Below are positions 59,284 to 64,000 of a stretch of 64,000 bases of DNA, piece by piece. The notes below the pieces were generated by a model that was given only the letters and a program-made list of their open reading frames with translations, had not been told where the DNA came from and made no database searches. Each line of letters starts with the position of its first letter. Position 1 is the stretch's first letter. A program made the position numbers and the translations under genes. Source of the DNA: a virus. The DNA lies in IMG/VR virus record IMGVR_UViG_3300037628_000326, positions 4,645-68,644 of that record; one strand, written 5' to 3'.

Positions 59284-59888
59284 ACAGGAAACCGCTGCTC
59301 AATCCGATGTCGCTGACGCAGGCGTTTACCGACATCCAGGTGCGAAGCGATCGCGAGAAGCTTCGCCACAATACCGCCGACGATCACGGCCTGAGGGCTA
59401 AGGGATACTACTACCTCATTGCCGACAACGATGTCATGCATCCGGAAGACGGCTGGATATCTCCACCCGGTAAAACCAGATGCATTGGCGACTGGCACTG
59501 CAGGTACGCGAAGCCCTGCCAGGCGCTCGTCGACGCCTGCTTGCCGCTCTGCCTTGAGGGTGCCATCGGTTCCTTCGATGTTAAACGCTGGCGAGACCCT
59601 GAGCGGATCGCGCTGCTCTTCACTGATTCAACAATGATCGCCACCTACTTTGTCTGCGAGCTTTTCGCCTCGACGCTGTTCCAGAAAATCGTCGCCGCCG
59701 GCGTCGACTTCGACCATCACGAGAGTGATCTGTACATCGAGAACACATCCGTAGCTCTGGATATTCTCAAGGGATTCCCGCTGAACAAAAAGAATGCGCG
59801 TGACTTTATCAGCGAGACCGATGGCGAGGCCTGGATCGATGTGCCGTTCGCCTACGAGCCATGGTGGATCAAGAGGAGGGCGCTATGA
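59280..59888 (+). CDS. Hypothetical two-domain protein
   Basis: C-terminal DHHESDLY...F....DG..W.DVPFAY.PWW motif. Confidence 0.6.
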   Translation: MNRKPLLNPMSLTQAFTDIQVRSDREKLRHNTADDHGLRAKGYYYLIADNDVMHPEDGWISPPGKTRCIGDWHCRYAKPCQALVDACLPLCLEGAIGSFDVKRWRDPERIALLFTDSTMIATYFVCELFASTLFQKIVAAGVDFDHHESDLYIENTSVALDILKGFPLNKKNARDFISETDGEAWIDVPFAYEPWWIKRRAL

Positions 59889-60124
59889 GTGACCCAACCG
59901 ACGCCAAGAGCATGACCGACAACAGCATCCAGATGTTCCTGCACTGCGGCAAATGTCTTCAGGACTTCAAGGATGACGCGCCTGGAACCGAGGGCGAAAG
60001 CCCGTCCAGTTACGCGCAACTTGAGATCGGATGGACGCTACTCGGTATCCAGGTCTGGTGCCGCCGGCACGAATGCAATGTCGTGCATGTGGACTTCGAA
60101 GGCGAGAAGCACCCGGCAGCTTAG
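59885..60124 (+). CDS. Hypothetical protein (possible Zn-binding)
   Basis: F.HC.KC...SP..YA.LEIG.T..G.QVWC.RH..NV.H.DF. Confidence 0.65.
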   Translation: MSDPTDAKSMTDNSIQMFLHCGKCLQDFKDDAPGTEGESPSSYAQLEIGWTLLGIQVWCRRHECNVVHVDFEGEKHPAA

Positions 60125-60133
60125 GAGGAACCC

Positions 60134-60343
60134 ATGACCATCAAGAAAGTAATCAGATTCGAAGTACAGACCGAGACCATCATCGATGGCTGGATCAACA
60201 CGTGGCACGAAGACGACGAGCCTCAGACATTCTCCACCCGGAAGGAAGCTGAGGACGCCATTGACGAGTTCTTCGACGACCTCAAGGATGCCGGCATGGC
60301 AGACGATTACACCCGAGAGGATTACCGGGTGATGGAGCAATAA
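60134..60343 (+). CDS. Hypothetical protein
   Basis: AGGAGG RBS; GW.N.W...P.TF.T..EA...IDEF. Confidence 0.65.
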   Translation: MTIKKVIRFEVQTETIIDGWINTWHEDDEPQTFSTRKEAEDAIDEFFDDLKDAGMADDYTREDYRVMEQ

Positions 60344-60570
60344 TGGCAACCATCAAATGGCATCGCTCTGAAGAGGGATGCGTCCACTCGCACTGCCAGC
60401 GATTCGAAATCTGGCCACGCCGTGGCGGGACCAAACGTGCGAAATACTACGATGTCTTCGACAACCAGGAGAACTGTGTTTTCGATTGGTTCCTCACCCA
60501 GGCGCAGTGCAAGGCTGCGGCCTTGGCTCAACTGAAGAAGCACCCGTTCAACCTGGCGGCGGAATTTTAG
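60343..60570 (+). CDS. Hypothetical protein
   Basis: TAATG coupling. Confidence 0.5.
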   Translation: MATIKWHRSEEGCVHSHCQRFEIWPRRGGTKRAKYYDVFDNQENCVFDWFLTQAQCKAAALAQLKKHPFNLAAEF

Positions 60571-60689
60571 AGAGAGACGGCGGCCCTTTCAGGTAAATTT
60601 GAGGGTAACAAATCGGCCAGGAGCGAACGATGTGGAGTCAGGAACCCGACAAGGATTCTGGCTACCGACGCTTACTCGGGCCGCCTAAT

Positions 60690-61181
60690 TCAATATACCA
60701 ATTCCTGCAGGCTTACAACAACCTTTCCGCCCTTAATTATTTCCTCGTGCATGATGGTCACGTGGCTCTTGATCTGGCTGTCATCCAGAAATACGCAGGC
60801 ATGCTCAAGCGCATCGATCAACGGCTTGTAGTGGTTGTCGAGATCGCGCTGGCGCCGATCCGGCGGATAAAAATCCATACCCATTACGAGCGGTTCGCGG
60901 TAGCCCTTGTTCAGGCGATTGCGCAGCACGTACTCCTGCACATCTGCCCGGTAGGCGTGGCCCTTGTCGCCCACGCGCTTCATTGTCCGGGTGTTCCTGC
61001 GCAGCCAGACATGCAACTCGTTAAAGCCATGCTCCCGAATCCGCTTCTCGATCACTGCGCCTGCCGGCGGCATCGCGTACTCCATGAAATAGCTGTTGAT
61101 CGACGGCGGCCAGGGTAAGTCCAGCGTCACTGGTTCGAATGTCGTGCCGAGATCAAGCGCCGATTGTTTTGCTCTATCCAT
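60690..61181 (-). CDS. rusA: RusA-family Holliday junction resolvase
   Basis: LPWPPSINSY...PPDRRQRDLDN..K.LIDAL...DDSQI. Confidence 0.9.
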   Translation of the reverse strand: MDRAKQSALDLGTTFEPVTLDLPWPPSINSYFMEYAMPPAGAVIEKRIREHGFNELHVWLRRNTRTMKRVGDKGHAYRADVQEYVLRNRLNKGYREPLVMGMDFYPPDRRQRDLDNHYKPLIDALEHACVFLDDSQIKSHVTIMHEEIIKGGKVVVSLQELVY

Positions 61182-61516
61182 AACTTCGCGCTCCGGATTA
61201 CGTCGTAGCCAAGCAGCCCACTTACCTCTGTCAGATGGTCGATTTGTCGCCCGAACGTACGCTCCCATTCATCTACCCAGCCAGTGATACCCATGCCGGA
61301 ATCGATGCCAAACCGACCGATGTGATAGTTCGCATGCAGCGGAATCTGCAGGTACGGGCAGGCCTTCTGCGCTATCCCCGGATTCCTGAATGCTTCTTTC
61401 ATAGACCCGCCGTGACAGTGATGCAGGGTGACGGGCGTTCGATGACTGACGACGCATTTCAATTGCCTCAGGTTCTTCTCGTGCCGGCTGACAGCGATGA
61501 GCTTAGGATAGACCAT
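61127..61516 (-). CDS. Ref/DUF968-like HNH-type nuclease
   Basis: LRQL.CVVS...LHH...G..QKA...QIPL...YH.G..GI....WE..FG.Q. Confidence 0.65.
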   Translation of the reverse strand: MVYPKLIAVSRHEKNLRQLKCVVSHRTPVTLHHCHGGSMKEAFRNPGIAQKACPYLQIPLHANYHIGRFGIDSGMGITGWVDEWERTFGRQIDHLTEVSGLLGYDVIRSAKLWIEQNNRRLISARHSNQ

Positions 61517-62934
61517 GCCTGTGCTGCCACCAGCGGAACTTGTCCGTTCCCAATTGCTTTAAGTCGGTCCACCCGGTTGGCCACCCCATCAGCCACTCGA
61601 CCCACGTTGGGTTCAACGGCCCAGTAATCTGTCCACGTTCCTGCACTGTCGCGTCCAGGTAGCCCCTCTCCACCCGATACACATGACTCTTCGACCCGAG
61701 CGGACCCGTCCCCTTCCATTCGCTCGCGCGCGGTGTCGGGAACGTCTCCTGGCCCTCGAGGAGTACCGCCGCATGCAGCCCCAACTGGTTGCCCTGCTCC
61801 TTCCGCAACTGCGCCGTGTGCGGGGTGTCCCTCCACTTCGCATCCTGAGCTCCGGGTGTCGGCCACTTCTTCACGTGATTGTCCAGCCCCTTGTGCCGGT
61901 CGTAGCTCCCCTCGCCCCTGCCCTTGTGATCCTGCGATGTCGGCGTCGGGAACTGCTCCCTGGTCACCGCCGTTAGCAGATCGTCCCCGCCGCTGTTCTC
62001 CCTGTCCTGCCGGCCGAGGTCTGCACCGCTCTTGCCGCTCTTCGGTGTCGGCCACAGTCTGCCCGTTCCCCCGTCGCCCCGCACCGCATCGGTCAGGCTG
62101 GTCCCCGGATGCGCCTTGCTGCCTGGCGTGTTCCTCGAGCCGCTGTCCACGCTGGATGTCGGTGTCGGCCACAGGTGGATCGCTCTCGACAGCGTCCGCT
62201 GCGTGTGGTGCTTCCGACCCGGCAGATACAATCGCTCGTGCGTCTCCTTCTGATTCTCTTTGGCCTCGTCGATGAACTCCTGCGTCGGCTGCGATTCCTG
62301 CGCCCCTGGCGTGGGCCACATCCCGACCCAGCGATCCAGACTGACTGACTTGTTGGTCTTGAAGTTCAGCTTCTCCGTGCTGGTCGATACTCGCTCTATG
62401 TGATCCGATGCTGTCGGTGTCGGCACATGGTGATTCCTCCCTCCGCACAGCGAGGACCCAGATTCGGTTACGTCGATGGGGCGCACCGACATGCCAAGCT
62501 CCCAGCAGACACCATCGTACGTCATACCCCAGTTCGGCAAGTCCTGATATGACGGTGCCAAGGCCACGGGTACGGAGCGCCGGGACGTTTTCGGCGAATA
62601 CAAATCGAGGCCCAATCTCCTCAATAAGTCGGAGATACTCAAACCACAGGCCGCTACGCTCGCCGGTAATGCCCACTCCACGACCAGCTGAACTGATGTC
62701 CTGGCAGGGGAACCCGCCGGTAATGACGTCAACAAGTCCCCGAAAAGGTCGCCCGTCGAAGGTTTTGATGTCGTCCCAGATAGGGAAGCGCTCGAGATGT
62801 CCCTCGGCCTGACGAGTAAGCACGACCTGGCGGCAGTACTCTTCGATCTCGACTGCTGCAACTGTAGTCCACCCAAGTAATCTGGAAGCGAGAAGGCCGC
62901 CCCCCGCTCCCGCAAATAATGCCAACTCATTCAT
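61468..62934 (-). CDS. DNA (cytosine-5) methyltransferase, alpha chain (motifs I-VIII and X)
   Basis: LFAGAGG (I), GGFPCQDIS (IV), ENV (VI), PHRRNRIW (VIII), DRLKAIGNGQVP (X); no motif IX. Confidence 0.9.
   Translation of the reverse strand: MNELALFAGAGGGLLASRLLGWTTVAAVEIEEYCRQVVLTRQAEGHLERFPIWDDIKTFDGRPFRGLVDVITGGFPCQDISSAGRGVGITGERSGLWFEYLRLIEEIGPRFVFAENVPALRTRGLGTVISGLAELGYDVRWCLLGAWHVGAPHRRNRIWVLAVRREESPCADTDSIGSHRASIDQHGEAELQDQQVSQSGSLGRDVAHARGAGIAADAGVHRRGQRESEGDARAIVSAGSEAPHAADAVESDPPVADTDIQRGQRLEEHARQQGASGDQPDRCGAGRRGNGQTVADTEERQERCRPRPAGQGEQRRGRSANGGDQGAVPDADIAGSQGQGRGELRPAQGAGQSREEVADTRSSGCEVEGHPAHGAVAEGAGQPVGAACGGTPRGPGDVPDTARERMEGDGSARVEESCVSGGEGLPGRDSAGTWTDYWAVEPNVGRVADGVANRVDRLKAIGNGQVPLVAAQAWSILSSSLSAGTRRT
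61503..62930 (-). CDS. Overlapping-frame methyltransferase beta chain (PTP repeats plus motif IX)
   Basis: Seven [WFV]PTP repeats and LNPTWVEWLMGWPTGWT (motif IX-like); true start may be internal. Confidence 0.7.
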   Translation of the reverse strand: MSWHYLRERGAAFSLPDYLGGLQLQQSRSKSTAARSCLLVRPRDISSASLSGTTSKPSTGDLFGDLLTSLPAGSPARTSVQLVVEWALPASVAACGLSISDLLRRLGLDLYSPKTSRRSVPVALAPSYQDLPNWGMTYDGVCWELGMSVRPIDVTESGSSLCGGRNHHVPTPTASDHIERVSTSTEKLNFKTNKSVSLDRWVGMWPTPGAQESQPTQEFIDEAKENQKETHERLYLPGRKHHTQRTLSRAIHLWPTPTSSVDSGSRNTPGSKAHPGTSLTDAVRGDGGTGRLWPTPKSGKSGADLGRQDRENSGGDDLLTAVTREQFPTPTSQDHKGRGEGSYDRHKGLDNHVKKWPTPGAQDAKWRDTPHTAQLRKEQGNQLGLHAAVLLEGQETFPTPRASEWKGTGPLGSKSHVYRVERGYLDATVQERGQITGPLNPTWVEWLMGWPTGWTDLKQLGTDKFRWWQHRHGLS

Positions 62935-63670
62935 TCACACTCCGCCAGTCTGCATACGGTTCCCGGATCTGCTCATGGAAAATTTTAGCCGCCTCGGGAT
63001 TGTTGTCAAGATCTGATCTCGATTCAATGTTGCATCGCCAGCGCACCCACCGTGCGACGCGATTCTTCTTGGCCCACCAACGGATCGATCGTGTCTTCTC
63101 GCTCACCTGTTCGCGCTCTTCCAGGTAGAGGATAAACATCTCGTTGTTGCACAGCAGGTAGCAGTACTGACTGAGCTTCTGGCCGGCGCGCGCGTGTGCG
63201 TCCTCGACCCTTGCGCGCTTGTCCTGGTCGATCGCTGAGTCATCGTCATCAAGCTCGACAAACGCAGCCGAATACATGTCGCCAGGTGTGTCGCCCTTCC
63301 TCCCGCGGTAGCCGGCAAACGGGTGATGGATGGCCTCATCGTCAATCCAGAACGACACCCAGAATCCCTGGCCCAGCGGCTGGCCCCCGGACATCAGCAT
63401 AAGCTCGCCATCGAACATCGGCGTGTCCTTGCCGATCACCGTCATGACCATGCGGAACCTGGTCCCAACCCTGCCGCCCCGACGTCGGACAAACTGCGCG
63501 AACGGATGCATCAGCAGCGGCCGGCGTGGCTCTTCCATCAGCCTGAACTTCACCGTCCGACCGTTGGTAAGATCCCATTTCGCATCAAGCAATTCGAACC
63601 CGCCCTTGTAGGCGATGATCGGCAAATTCGATCTGGCCTTGACGACCTGCTGTGTTTCTTCAGAAGCCAT
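62927..63670 (-). CDS. Hypothetical protein with internal duplication
   Basis: Two EL.L....G..V.F...HPFA....G units; C-terminal C.I.SRS.LD.N.EAA..F...I..PY..W. Confidence 0.65.
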   Translation of the reverse strand: MASEETQQVVKARSNLPIIAYKGGFELLDAKWDLTNGRTVKFRLMEEPRRPLLMHPFAQFVRRRGGRVGTRFRMVMTVIGKDTPMFDGELMLMSGGQPLGQGFWVSFWIDDEAIHHPFAGYRGRKGDTPGDMYSAAFVELDDDDSAIDQDKRARVEDAHARAGQKLSQYCYLLCNNEMFILYLEEREQVSEKTRSIRWWAKKNRVARWVRWRCNIESRSDLDNNPEAAKIFHEQIREPYADWRSVNE

Positions 63671-64000
63671 TCTGTCGTTTCCATTCGGCGTATGGCATCG
63701 TGCCGGTTGGCCTGTTGTCCTCAATCTGCTTCGCCGGGTTCAACCACGGGCGGCCCTCGGCGATGTGTACGCAGGCCTCGACGAACTGGCCGAGATTGGC
63801 TGGGAACGGCAGCGCATCTTCCGCCAGGTTCTTCAGCCCGTTCTGAATCTGCTCGTCAGTGAGCCGCTCAATGGCCTGCTTCCAGAGCATCGGTGGCGCT
63901 GAGCCATACTCCCGATAGAGCGCCTTACCGTAGACCTCAGCCAACTGGACCCACACCAGCATGGCCCTAGTCGAGTCCGGCTTTCTCTCGGTTCCGGGCG
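63660..64000 (-). CDS. Replication protein P-like / helicase-loader-like protein (5' end may lie outside window)
   Basis: W..L.E.YG......YG..P...W...I..LT.EQI..G...FP.NL.QF...C; frame stays open to the window edge. Confidence 0.5.
   Translation of the reverse strand, partial: PGTERKPDSTRAMLVWVQLAEVYGKALYREYGSAPPMLWKQAIERLTDEQIQNGLKNLAEDALPFPANLGQFVEACVHIAEGRPWLNPAKQIEDNRPTGTMPYAEWKRQNGF

Noticed and set aside
60630-61118. 162-aa + strand ORF
   Set aside because: Antisense to the clearly identified RusA gene.
1-64000. CRISPR arrays, tRNA/rRNA genes, integrase, transposase, reverse transcriptase/DGR
   Set aside because: No regularly spaced direct repeats, cloverleaf or catalytic motifs for these were recognised by eye. 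tRNAscan or Infernal could still find something missed.

Overview
This 64 kb window is most of the genome of a GC-rich, tailed dsDNA phage (Caudoviricetes) with podovirus-like architecture. Rz/Rz1-type spanins and an SSB-type DDDIPF tail suggest a Gram-negative, probably proteobacterial, host. All assignments come from reading motifs by eye; no searches were run. Layout: (i) 1-3.8 kb, + strand: 3' end of an SSB, a DnaQ/RNase H-like exonuclease and small genes. (ii) 3.7-55.5 kb, - strand: one long late region transcribed from TerS through about 7 kb of accessory genes, TerL, about 3 kb more accessory genes (ParB-like, XF1762/Mom-like, peptide deformylase), portal, GroES-like, scaffold, major capsid protein (MCP), head/tail/adaptor/fibre/nozzle genes, GNAT, ejection proteins, a 4442-aa polyvalent protein and the lysis cassette. 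(iii) 55.5-60.6 kb, + strand: an early-type cluster of small ORFs behind a sigma70-like promoter. (iv) 60.7-64 kb, - strand: RusA, a Ref/DUF968-like nuclease, a C5 DNA methyltransferase and replication-associated genes. Most striking: two small accessory proteins (47406-47762 and 51505-51867) consist of a twin-arginine (Tat) signal peptide followed by short segments clearly homologous to this phage's own MCP. In one of them the segments are in scrambled order. Nearby mini-ORFs resemble fragments of the large-terminase ATPase. Together these suggest a 'structural-protein fragment decoy' system, either anti-defence or anti-competitor. Also notable: a cytosine methyltransferase encoded in two overlapping same-strand frames over about 1.4 kb, a probable CTG-start gene, and a structured non-coding region.
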